From the IMG/VR virus record IMGVR_UViG_3300035703_002708: 64,000 nt of DNA. One strand, given 5' to 3'. The translations under genes and the position numbers were made by a program. Source of the stretch: a virus (Duplodnaviria > Caudoviricetes). Shown one piece after another: positions 49,724-58,175 of the stretch. Positions within the stretch are counted from its first letter, which is position 1, and every line of letters begins with the position of its first letter. Under the pieces are notes generated by a model, which was not told where the DNA came from, searched no databases, and saw nothing but the letters and a program-made list of their open reading frames with translations.

Positions 49724-50568
49724 TTGAAACAGGAAAGATTATAAACGGAGATTGTATTGAGGTTCTAAAAACTTTTCCTGAATCATTTATTGATTTAATT
49801 GTGACATCTCCACCCTATGGAGTAGGAATTGCATATGATGTTCACGACGATGATGTTTATTTTGAAGAATATTTAAAGTTCTCGGAGGATTGGTTAACCC
49901 AAGCATTTAGAGTGTTAAAAGATGACGGTAGAGTGGCCATTAACATTCCTTATGAAATCAATCGCCAAGATAAAGGTGGTCGGATTTTCTTTGTGTCGGA
50001 GATATACCAGATAATGAAACAAATTGGGTTTAAGTTTTTTGGTATTGTCGATTTAGAAGAAGATTCACCCCACCGAAGTAAGACCACTGCTTGGGGTAGT
50101 TGGATGAGCCCATCTTCCCCCTATATCTATAATCCTAAGGAGTGTGTGATACTTGCATATAAAAACAAACATATTAAGAAAGTAAAAGGGGAACCACAAT
50201 GGAAGGGTGAACCAACCCAAGTGGAACAAGAAGATGGAACTTATAAAACCAAGGTGGTTTATAAGGAGGAGGATAAACGTGAATTTATTGAATTAGTTTA
50301 TGGACAATGGAAATACCTTAACGATTCAAGACCGCTCACTAAGGCAACGTTCTCGATGGACATACCTACAAAGGCTATCAAGATACTATCTTACAAAAAC
50401 GATATTGTACTTGACCCATTTGCAGGAAGCGGAACAAGTCTGGTTGCGGCACAGATACTAGACCGAAGATGGATTGGTATCGAACTTTCGCCTAATTATT
50501 GTCAAGTCGCTGAAACAAGAGTAAATTACTTCAAAACACTTGAAGAGATAAAAGAAGACCAACTTTAA
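49720..50568 (+). CDS. N4-cytosine/N6-adenine DNA methyltransferase (beta class)
   Basis: GDCIEVL, VTSPPY (motif IV) precedes VLDPFAGSGTS (motif I), GIELS. Confidence 0.9.
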   Translation: MIETGKIINGDCIEVLKTFPESFIDLIVTSPPYGVGIAYDVHDDDVYFEEYLKFSEDWLTQAFRVLKDDGRVAINIPYEINRQDKGGRIFFVSEIYQIMKQIGFKFFGIVDLEEDSPHRSKTTAWGSWMSPSSPYIYNPKECVILAYKNKHIKKVKGEPQWKGEPTQVEQEDGTYKTKVVYKEEDKREFIELVYGQWKYLNDSRPLTKATFSMDIPTKAIKILSYKNDIVLDPFAGSGTSLVAAQILDRRWIGIELSPNYCQVAETRVNYFKTLEEIKEDQL

Positions 50569-50580
50569 GTTGGTTTTTTT
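50558..50580 (+). terminator. Intrinsic terminator
   Basis: ACCAAC-loop-GTTGGT followed by T run. Confidence 0.65.
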
Positions 50581-50603
50581 GTTTTGTATCATATTTATTG
50601 GAT

Positions 50604-52001
50604 ATGAAAAAAATACTCAAGGAATCAGGTATCAGAGATATTAATAAGTTAGCCGACAGATACAAAAAAGCAAAAATTTATTTTCACCAAGATTTGGACG
50701 GAGTAACTACCGCCCTAGCCATGAAAAACTACTTAGAAAACCAAGGGATTAAAGTAGTTGATACAGAAATAATACAATACGGAGATAGAGAGTTTGCGGT
50801 CAAAAAAACTGACGCAGAAGGAGATGTAATGCCGGTTTTGGTTGATTTTGCACACGGAAAACCCATGTTTGTCATTCATACAGACCACCACGACACTCAA
50901 GCAGGAGCAGAAGATACCAAATCAACAAGTTTCAGACCATCAAGGTCAAATGTTAAAACAATATCACAAACGGTATCACCCAAAGAAATATTCACATCTG
51001 AAGACATTGAATTAATCTCTATGGTTGATTCCGCCGACTATGCCTCTAAAGACATAACACCAAAAGAAGTTATCACTTATCTATTTCAATTAGATAAGGA
51101 TAAATCACTCCAAAGAAATAAAACCTTATTAGGTTTGGTTACGAACAAACTTTTATTGGCATTCAAAAACAAACCTGAGTTTTTGGAAAATATCGTAATG
51201 AATGCGCAGCCATCAATAATCTCCATTCTAAACAACATCAAAAGACAAATCAAAGAAAGAGGTTTTGCTGATGTTGATACATTAGAAAAAAACAAAGAGG
51301 GTTACATAGAACAAATGAAAAAAAGCCCAAATGTCCAAGATTTAGGTAATATTATAGTTCAATACGGTGGTGGTTATATGGTAAAACCAGGTTCTTATGA
51401 TAGATACACACCATTTGAGAATAACCCCGATGCTGACTTTTTGGTAATCGCATGGCCTTTAGGGTTGGTTCAAGCATCTTGTAATCCATTCAAAAAAGAA
51501 AGACAACTCAAAGGAGTTAATTTAGGTGAAGTTAAAGATGAAGTACTATCGAAGTGGGAAGGTCAGTTGAAACAAAAACAAGTTCCACTCTCAACAATTA
51601 AGTGGGTATCAGAAACATCAGTAGGTGAAGGTTCAGTAGGTTTTACATTCAAAGATTTTGTTGCAATTTACGGAAAAGAATTTACTAAGATGGATAATGG
51701 TAGAGATATCTTAACAGAAATTGGTTATTCTATGAACAAACACTTTGATGAATTATCTGAGGATGAGAAAGAGTTATTAGATAACGTTACAGTAAATGCT
51801 TGGGACATAATACAAGCAAACTCCGGTGGGCACAAATGTATAACAAACATCTCGGGACTTAATTATTTGGGAAGAGGAAAAAGACCACCTTCAGGAAAAC
51901 CAAAATTTGGTGACGAAGAAAAGGAATCATACGTTAAATTTGTAAAGATGGTTCAAAAAGAGTTTGTGGATGTGTTGAAAAAGAAAATCGATACTAAATA
52001 A
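50604..52001 (+). CDS. DHH-family phosphoesterase
   Basis: HQDLDGV, LVDFA, HTDHHD, VDSAD, C-terminal SGGH (DHHA1-like GGH); TATTTAT at 50592. Confidence 0.7.
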   Translation: MKKILKESGIRDINKLADRYKKAKIYFHQDLDGVTTALAMKNYLENQGIKVVDTEIIQYGDREFAVKKTDAEGDVMPVLVDFAHGKPMFVIHTDHHDTQAGAEDTKSTSFRPSRSNVKTISQTVSPKEIFTSEDIELISMVDSADYASKDITPKEVITYLFQLDKDKSLQRNKTLLGLVTNKLLLAFKNKPEFLENIVMNAQPSIISILNNIKRQIKERGFADVDTLEKNKEGYIEQMKKSPNVQDLGNIIVQYGGGYMVKPGSYDRYTPFENNPDADFLVIAWPLGLVQASCNPFKKERQLKGVNLGEVKDEVLSKWEGQLKQKQVPLSTIKWVSETSVGEGSVGFTFKDFVAIYGKEFTKMDNGRDILTEIGYSMNKHFDELSEDEKELLDNVTVNAWDIIQANSGGHKCITNISGLNYLGRGKRPPSGKPKFGDEEKESYVKFVKMVQKEFVDVLKKKIDTK

Positions 52002-52020
52002 TATTTATATAAAAAAAACT

Positions 52021-53091
52021 ATGAAAAAATCAGAATATATCGAATTGAACAACAAATGGGAATCATTTTCAAGCGAAGAAAGACAGTTTGTTATAAATTT
52101 ATTGGAAAATTTCCAAATAGATAAAAAAATAAACTTATCAGAGGCCAGATGGTGGAATACTGTTGGAGATATTTTAGGGATTTTTGACCCTACAGGTGTT
52201 ATAGATTTAATTAACGGAGTGGATTATATCAGACAAGGTGACTATTTTTATGGTTTTTTATCTATGATTGCTGTTTTACCATTCGTAGGCGATGCTATTG
52301 CAAAACCTATTATGGGAGTTAGTAAAAGTAGTAAACTTATGAGGGGTATGAACGAAGCTTTACGGTTATCAAAAATGGGTAAGACGGCTGAAGCCTCGAG
52401 AATACTAGCAAGTGCTTCCTCAACTCCAGGACTTATACAAAAATTGATAAAATCCTCAATAAAGTGGGGTGAAAAATTAAAAGATGCAGTTTGGGCTTTA
52501 CCTGGTGGTAAACTAACTACTGGTCTTAGAAAGACGATTATAGATTGGATTGATTTATTTATAAATGCTGCCGGGAAATCCTCACGAGCGAAAAAACTTG
52601 GGGCTATGGCGGCATCAAAAATAAAATCTCTTCCTCCTAATGAGGCGGCAAAACTATTAAATAATCTACAAAAAACAATTTCCAAAAATAGTAGAGTTTT
52701 TAGAAATTTCAAACCAAAAGACCCTGGTTTCATGGCTAAATATTTTTGGCCAGGTGCGACAGTAGGTGTTCTTTGGAGAAGTCGACCTTTAGCAGGTTTG
52801 GCTCGAAGAACAAAATGGTATGTTGGGTTTCTTTCTTCATTAGGTTTACCTTTTATGGAACCGGAAGAATTACCGAAACAAATGTCTGAGGAAGAATTGG
52901 ACCAAAAATTTCAAGAGTATGTTTCTTCTGAGAAGGGAAAGAAAAATTGGCAAGAAGAGTTTGGTGATGTTGATTTGGAAACTCAATCCGATGCTAGTCC
53001 TACAGAACCTGAAACTTTCAGTAAACCTAAACCTCAAAAGACTTCAGGTGACCCACTTTTTGATACGTTCACTGAATTTTTTGGAGTTTAA
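52021..53091 (+). CDS. Hypothetical protein with hydrophobic helical-hairpin segment
   Basis: DILGIFDPTGVIDLING...GDY...LSMIAVLPFVGDAIAK; TATTTAT at 52002. Confidence 0.55.
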   Translation: MKKSEYIELNNKWESFSSEERQFVINLLENFQIDKKINLSEARWWNTVGDILGIFDPTGVIDLINGVDYIRQGDYFYGFLSMIAVLPFVGDAIAKPIMGVSKSSKLMRGMNEALRLSKMGKTAEASRILASASSTPGLIQKLIKSSIKWGEKLKDAVWALPGGKLTTGLRKTIIDWIDLFINAAGKSSRAKKLGAMAASKIKSLPPNEAAKLLNNLQKTISKNSRVFRNFKPKDPGFMAKYFWPGATVGVLWRSRPLAGLARRTKWYVGFLSSLGLPFMEPEELPKQMSEEELDQKFQEYVSSEKGKKNWQEEFGDVDLETQSDASPTEPETFSKPKPQKTSGDPLFDTFTEFFGV

Positions 53092-53435
53092 TCAACCATC
53101 TTTATAATATCACCCTCCTCAATACCTAACCTTTCACAGGTTCCACCTTCTAATTCAAGGACCATATCTCCAAATCCTTCATAGTGAGGACAATTTTTTT
53201 CGTGACAAGGTTCGCAGTTTGAATGAATTTTTGTAATTTCGTTCCCGTCAATAAAAATTATGTCAAGAGGAACAATGCAATTTCTCATCCAAAATGAATG
53301 GTCGCCAGAACCCATCAGAAATAACATACCATCAAAGTCCTTGTTGAACCTTTTTCTCATCATGCCATTTTGAATGGCTTCTCTTGTAGCGGCAATCTTA
53401 ACTTTGAACTTTGAACTATTTATAGTTATAATCAT
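53088..53435 (-). CDS. DUF192-family protein
   Basis: GMLF, SFWMRNCIVPLDIIFID, VLELEGG. Confidence 0.85.
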   Translation of the reverse strand: MIITINSSKFKVKIAATREAIQNGMMRKRFNKDFDGMLFLMGSGDHSFWMRNCIVPLDIIFIDGNEITKIHSNCEPCHEKNCPHYEGFGDMVLELEGGTCERLGIEEGDIIKMVD

Positions 53436-53456
53436 ACAGATAAATATAACAAGAAA

Positions 53457-53900
53457 ATGGAATTGAAAAGATACTCAGGTGTTTTAATCAGATGTAAAGA
53501 TAAAGTTTTACTTTGCCAAAGAAGTTTCGATGAGGATTCAAGACCAGGTGAGTGGTCAATTCCTTGTGGTCATCAAGAAAAAAACGAAGATAAGGTGTCT
53601 TGTGCCATAAGAGAATTATATGAAGAAACAAACATTCAAGTAAGTCCGAGAGATTTGGCTTACGTGGGTGGAATTAAAACTAACGATGAATCAAATAATT
53701 ATGTGAGAGGAATATTGAGTGTGTTTGTTATGGATTCAGATGAAGAAATTTATCCTGATTTAACAGGTGCGAAAGATGGACAAGAACACCAAGAATGTGG
53801 ATATTTTACCATAGATAATTTACCTTCACCATTAGGTTCAGGACTAAAAGAGATTATCAACAAGTTATTATCAAAAAAACTTTCAACAATTAAGTTATAA
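53457..53900 (+). CDS. NUDIX hydrolase
   Basis: WSIPCGHQEKNEDKVSCAIRELYEETNI Nudix box. Confidence 0.88.
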   Translation: MELKRYSGVLIRCKDKVLLCQRSFDEDSRPGEWSIPCGHQEKNEDKVSCAIRELYEETNIQVSPRDLAYVGGIKTNDESNNYVRGILSVFVMDSDEEIYPDLTGAKDGQEHQECGYFTIDNLPSPLGSGLKEIINKLLSKKLSTIKL

Positions 53901-54009
53901 TATTGAATTTTTTTTTACATACTATTGATTTTCAGAAATTATGTGATATTTATGTTATCATAATATCAGCCAACAAAACCCCCTATATTTAGTTGGTTTA
54001 TACTTTAAG

Positions 54010-54052
54010 CCCCACTTTCGAATTAGTTTTTGATAAGTGGGGTTTTGTTTTT
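54010..54052 (+). terminator. Intrinsic terminator
   Basis: CCCCACTT...AAGTGGGG followed by TTTTGTTTTT. Confidence 0.65.
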
Positions 54053-54074
54053 CAGAAAACTTTTTTTACCTTTG
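54044..54074 (+). promoter_or_regulatory. Bacteroidota-type housekeeping (early) promoter
   Basis: TTTG-N19-TACCTTTG, followed by TAGAACCAAAA, which recurs after the 55076-55107 promoter. Confidence 0.65.
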
Positions 54075-54094
54075 TAGAACCAAAAACAAAAACT

Positions 54095-54297
54095 ATGAAA
54101 GAAGGAATTGATGATATCTTTTTTGTTGTCGGAGCGGTTTTTTGTCTGACAGTGATTATTCTAAAAGTAGTTGTAACAGTTGCTAACGCCTTTTTACTAT
54201 GACAGTAGGACAAGTAATTTATTTTGTTGGTATGACAGCACTTTGTCTGTACTTAATTTATTGTATGATTTTTAAAGACGGTAAACTCGGAAAATAA
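54095..54297 (+). CDS. Two tiny single-TM ORFs (54095-54202, 54199-54297)
   Basis: MKEGIDDIFFVVGAVF... and MTVGQVIYFVGMTALCLYLIYCMIF...; ATGA overlaps. Confidence 0.45.
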
Positions 54298-54575
54298 TGA
54301 AAACATTCTCAATCAAAATCCAACACGAAACTTTCGGAACTCTCATAAACGAGACAATCGTAGATGCAATACAGTTCAAACTATTTCTCAAAGCAATCAA
54401 CGCTTCATTGGAACTGAAAGACGACTTGTCATTTTTCAACGGAGAGGATTTTCTCTTTCACATACCCTTTAAATTTTTGAAGGAATCACTTATACTTACA
54501 TCCGTTAATGAGGTAGAACTCGCCCAACGTATGAAAAGTAAAGTTGAGGCATTAGTGACAAAAGAAACACGATGA
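54297..54575 (+). CDS. Hypothetical protein
   Basis: 92 aa in early operon. Confidence 0.6.
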   Translation: MKTFSIKIQHETFGTLINETIVDAIQFKLFLKAINASLELKDDLSFFNGEDFLFHIPFKFLKESLILTSVNEVELAQRMKSKVEALVTKETR

Positions 54576-55093
54576 ACAAAAAAGTATCTTTGGTAGTAAT
54601 TCCAAAACCAAACGAAGAGATTACACAGTGCAAAACAATTATGAGTAAAGAAGGTCGTATGACCATCGCTACTTATGACCACACAGTGAAACAAGAACTC
54701 AAATCTGGATTCACTCCTGTTGAGTATTATTTTGTGGATGACCAGCCCATATTACCCAATAATTATTATATCTCATATGAGAATGGTCCTACATTAAAAC
54801 TTCATACTGAGATTGACCACGTTATGAACAAAGGTCAATTCAAAAAAGGTGAGAGAAGAGTTTATCTTACTGAGAAAGATGTGTATTGGTTTTATAAGTC
54901 AGATACCAAAGAATATTTTGACTTCGCACCTTGGCATTTGAATGAAATAGTTGAAAAAGGATTTACTTGTTTTGTAAAAGAAAAAGATAACGAATGTAAT
55001 GGTGAGACCTGTCTAAATTGTAATTGCCACGAATTCAAAGAAGAAAATTTTGTGGCAGATAAATATAGAGATAAGTTTGTGGTTGTCGTTTAA
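54572..55093 (+). CDS. Hypothetical protein with C-terminal Cys cluster
   Basis: CNGETCLNCNC. Confidence 0.55.
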   Translation: MNKKVSLVVIPKPNEEITQCKTIMSKEGRMTIATYDHTVKQELKSGFTPVEYYFVDDQPILPNNYYISYENGPTLKLHTEIDHVMNKGQFKKGERRVYLTEKDVYWFYKSDTKEYFDFAPWHLNEIVEKGFTCFVKEKDNECNGETCLNCNCHEFKEENFVADKYRDKFVVVV

Positions 55094-55107
55094 TGTTCTT
55101 ATATTTG
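55076..55107 (+). promoter_or_regulatory. Bacteroidota-type housekeeping promoter
   Basis: TTTG-N20-TATATTTG. Confidence 0.65.
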
Positions 55108-55127
55108 TAGAACCAAAACGATAAACT

Positions 55128-55349
55128 ATGATTACTGTTGAAAAAGACACCCAAATCACGATTGTTTGCACTTTCGAAGGGCAAAATGAAAATGAGTTTT
55201 TTGATTTTGATGTTTGTAAAAAAGGAGATGTGTTAAGGTCAGAGAACTTGTATAACGAACTTTCGTTCGAACCCGAAGTATTACAGGTAAATTATTTTAT
55301 CGGTGACACATTCATTAAAGGATATTCTAAAATTGTAAATTGTAATTAA
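55128..55349 (+). CDS. Hypothetical protein
   Basis: 73 aa after promoter. Confidence 0.5.
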   Translation: MITVEKDTQITIVCTFEGQNENEFFDFDVCKKGDVLRSENLYNELSFEPEVLQVNYFIGDTFIKGYSKIVNCN

Positions 55350-55350
55350 T

Positions 55351-55557
55351 ATGGAAACCCCAATCCAAAAAGCAATAAAAATGTGTGATGACCTCTTGGC
55401 AGAACTCGAGGTAATGTCACGAACCGATTATGACGGGGCTCAACCCCGCATCGAAATGGTAGAACTTGTATCAACTAAAATCCGGTCGTTGGTAACAGAC
55501 GAGAAGGAAATGATTAATCAGATTTATTCAAACTGCGAAAAAATTAAGTTACAGTAA
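55351..55557 (+). CDS. Hypothetical protein
   Basis: 68 aa. Confidence 0.5.
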   Translation: METPIQKAIKMCDDLLAELEVMSRTDYDGAQPRIEMVELVSTKIRSLVTDEKEMINQIYSNCEKIKLQ

Positions 55558-55559
55558 TT

Positions 55560-56000
55560 GTGAAAAGGTTTATTGTCATTTTGTCAGTTATTTTGGGTTT
55601 TATGACATCTTGTCAGAAAGAGGACCCTATTGACCCTCCGACATATAATCAAATCAATCAACCACCAACTACTGATATTCCTAAATTTGCTGGCTCCACT
55701 TGGGTAATATATAAGTTTCAACCCTTATATTTCGTGACCGACCCAGAGTTAGTCACCGATACTTTGATATTCATCAATAACACCGAACTAAAATATAATG
55801 GTGTTTCTTGTGAATACTCTTTTTACCCAAGTGGATATCTGTGGTATTTCGAACTAAAACAAACTCCGAGATTTATTGGAAGTATAAATGCGTTTTTAAG
55901 TGAAGGACCAATCAATTATGGTGAGATTTTGGCACAAGAATATACAAATGTTTACAACCGAAACCAAAAATGGTTGGTTTGGATGAAAAAAGTAAATTGA
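55560..56000 (+). CDS. Lipoprotein with Bacteroidota surface-export-like signal
   Basis: Signal peptide II ending FMTS-C followed by QKEDP; GTG start. Confidence 0.7.
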   Translation: MKRFIVILSVILGFMTSCQKEDPIDPPTYNQINQPPTTDIPKFAGSTWVIYKFQPLYFVTDPELVTDTLIFINNTELKYNGVSCEYSFYPSGYLWYFELKQTPRFIGSINAFLSEGPINYGEILAQEYTNVYNRNQKWLVWMKKVN

Positions 56001-56005
56001 CCCTC

Positions 56006-56034
56006 TTGACCTTTTAAATCACAATTCTTATACT
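56006..56034 (+). promoter_or_regulatory. -35/-10 type promoter of the TROVE gene
   Basis: TTGACC-N17-TATACT. Confidence 0.7.
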
Positions 56035-56070
56035 TTCTAAACAAATTCGTCAAAAAAAAATTGTACTAAT

Positions 56071-57696
56071 ATGGCAAAGTTCCGAAATTCCGCAGTTGTA
56101 GAAAAATTAGATAACACCCCACCCAAAGAAAACTTGGTTGCATCAAACGCAGTTCCGAAACCCGATACGACAAATCTTCAAGGGTTCGAGGCTTATTCAA
56201 TTGAAAATTGGCTCCGTCTGATTTCTATTTTGAATACTTCTAAATTGGAGAACCAGTATTATCGTTCAGAAACAGAAACTATGAAAGAGTTGAAATCTCT
56301 TGTGGATATCTGTGGTAAAGAGGACCCATACTTTGTGGCTCAGTGTATCGTGTATTCTCGTTGTATTGGTGAGGGTATGAGAAGTATTAATCACTTGGCG
56401 GCAGTTTATCTTGCTCCATTTATGAGTGGTAAAGACTGGTCAAAACGTTTCTTCTCAGGTTGGGATAAGAAATCTCAAAAAGGAGGTACCGTGTTTCGTC
56501 CTGATGATATGAGTGAGATGGTTAGTTGTTTTACCGCCCTTAATGGTAAGTCAATCACCAACTCAATGAAAAAAGGTTTTGCCTCTACGTTAGAGAAACT
56601 TGACACATACTCACTTTTGAAGTATAAGAGTTCGATTTTGGATTTGTTCAATTTGGTTCATCCAAAACAAGAAAACTCAAACGCCACCGTTGAATTCGAA
56701 GGTAGGGTTGTTCCAACATTTGAAGCCATCGTTAAAGGTTATAATGTGTCTGCTGACACTTGGGAGGTTGCTCAGTCAGATGCTGGACAAATTGTGGCTC
56801 AGGCGGTTCGTGAAGGTAAAATCTCAACAGAAGAAGCAAAACAAGTTCTTACTGAGGCAAAGTCTGAGAATTGGAAAGGATTACTTACCGAAAACAAACT
56901 TGGTATCTTGGCAGCAGTTCGTAACATTCGTAACATTCTGTTGAACAAACCTGATGGTGACACTATTAATAAGTTGTGTTCTCTTTTGAGTGATGAAGCC
57001 GCAATTCGTAACGGAAAGGTAATGCCATACCAATTAGATATGGCTAACGAAGTTCTAATATCAGAATTTAACGATTCTAACTCTCGTAAGGTATCAAAGG
57101 CGTTACTTGATGGTTATGAAAAATCCATTCCGAACCTTGCTGAGTTACTTACAGGTAACAACCTTGTAATGATTGATATGTCAGGTTCTATGAACACAGG
57201 AATCAATGACCCTAAAGGCAAGTCACGTTACAAATCTACGTGTTTGGACAAGGCATCACTAATCGGTATGACAATCGCCAAGGCAGTAAACGCCGATGTA
57301 ATTCGTTTCGGTTCACACGCTGAGTATGTTTCTTACAATACAAACTCTGATGTGTTCAGTTTGTCTAAATCTATCATTCAAGGAATGGGAGGAACCTCAC
57401 TGGCACAAGCGTGGAGTACGGCAGAAGCATCAGGTCGTAAGTATGATAGAGTATTTATTCTGTCAGATAATGAGTGTAATGAAGGTTCAACTTACTCTCG
57501 ATACAAGAGTTATGTTGAAAAAGTTGGGGACCCGTATGTCTATTCAATAGACCTAGCCGCTTACGGAACAATGGCTATCGCGGGACCAAAAGTAAGATAC
57601 TACTACGGATATGGTTTTTCAATGTTCGAAGATATTGCAAAATCAGAGTTCAACCCGATGCACCACATCGAAAAAATCCGCAAAGTAGAAATCTAA
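56071..57696 (+). CDS. TROVE-domain Ro60/Rsr-like RNA-binding protein with vWA domain
   Basis: NLQGFEAY, DPYFVAQCIVYSR..GMRS (TROVE); MIDMSGSM MIDAS, GGTS, ILSDNE, IDLAAYG (vWA); 541 aa. Confidence 0.9.
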   Translation: MAKFRNSAVVEKLDNTPPKENLVASNAVPKPDTTNLQGFEAYSIENWLRLISILNTSKLENQYYRSETETMKELKSLVDICGKEDPYFVAQCIVYSRCIGEGMRSINHLAAVYLAPFMSGKDWSKRFFSGWDKKSQKGGTVFRPDDMSEMVSCFTALNGKSITNSMKKGFASTLEKLDTYSLLKYKSSILDLFNLVHPKQENSNATVEFEGRVVPTFEAIVKGYNVSADTWEVAQSDAGQIVAQAVREGKISTEEAKQVLTEAKSENWKGLLTENKLGILAAVRNIRNILLNKPDGDTINKLCSLLSDEAAIRNGKVMPYQLDMANEVLISEFNDSNSRKVSKALLDGYEKSIPNLAELLTGNNLVMIDMSGSMNTGINDPKGKSRYKSTCLDKASLIGMTIAKAVNADVIRFGSHAEYVSYNTNSDVFSLSKSIIQGMGGTSLAQAWSTAEASGRKYDRVFILSDNECNEGSTYSRYKSYVEKVGDPYVYSIDLAAYGTMAIAGPKVRYYYGYGFSMFEDIAKSEFNPMHHIEKIRKVEI

Positions 57697-57708
57697 TGGG
57701 GATTAGTT

Positions 57709-57739
57709 ATGGGGTGAATGGTTGATTCACCCCATTTTT
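57709..57739 (+). terminator. Intrinsic terminator after the TROVE gene
   Basis: ATGGGGTGAAT-loop-ATTCACCCCAT followed by TTTT. Confidence 0.8.
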
Positions 57740-57759
57740 CAAAAAAACAATCAACCCAC

Positions 57760-57788
57760 TTGACTGGTGTCAAAAGTTTGATTAATAT
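57760..57788 (+). promoter_or_regulatory. -35/-10 promoter of the ncRNA unit
   Basis: TTGACT-N17-TAATAT; boxA-like GTTCTTT at 57798. Confidence 0.6.
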
Positions 57789-57812
57789 TGTCACATAGTT
57801 CTTTAAAAAATA

Positions 57813-57939
57813 GACGTAGTAAGATTAGGGTTACTTCAATACATCGGTTCGAATCCGATACCTGTGAAAACAGGTTAGACAAGTGGATAAGTCGGAATTC
57901 TCATAAATTCAAAACAACACCCTGTTCATCATTCTCGTC
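57813..57939 (+). ncRNA. Y-RNA-like RNA 1 (YrlA-like) with permuted tRNA-like insert
   Basis: GACG/CGTC closing stem, TAGTAA..GTTACTTC and AACAC..ATTCT motifs; internal T-arm ATCGG-TTCGAAT-CCGAT; next to Ro60 gene. Confidence 0.75.
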
Positions 57940-57951
57940 ACCTTATACTTT

Positions 57952-58024
57952 AAGGTAGTAAGTTAAGTGTTACTTCGAAATAATCTGGAAATGTTCAAAA
58001 AAAAACACTTACGATATTCTCCTT
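57952..58024 (+). ncRNA. Y-RNA-like RNA 2 (short form)
   Basis: AAGG/CCTT closing stem, same motifs, 8-bp inner stem TAAGTGTT/AACACTTA. Confidence 0.65.
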
Positions 58025-58037
58025 AAATCGTTCTTTT

Positions 58038-58166
58038 CAGATAGTAATTCAAGAGTTACTTCTACAATTTAAATTAAATCGCGCCCTATATGGGCATCTA
58101 TCTATGAACGAAATCTAACCTTCGGGTTATTTTTCACCTAAAAACACTCTTGGAAAAATTCTTCTG
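58038..58166 (+). ncRNA. Y-RNA-like RNA 3
   Basis: CAGA/TCTG closing stem, same motifs, CAAGAGT/ACTCTTG inner stem, hairpins GCCC-TATAT-GGGC and TAACC-TTCG-GGTTA. Confidence 0.65.
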
Positions 58167-58175
58167 AATTCATTT

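Noticed and set aside
57843-57910. Canonical tRNA-Met gene (GGTTCGAATCC T-loop, CAT)
   Set aside because: Arm order is T, acceptor, D, anticodon; the acceptor is closed by a GAAA loop and there is no CCA end, so it is treated as a permuted tRNA-like module.
57813-58166. CRISPR mini-array or DGR template repeat
   Set aside because: Repeats are bipartite and covary as RNA stems rather than being identical; inserts differ widely in length; no cas or reverse transcriptase genes in the window.
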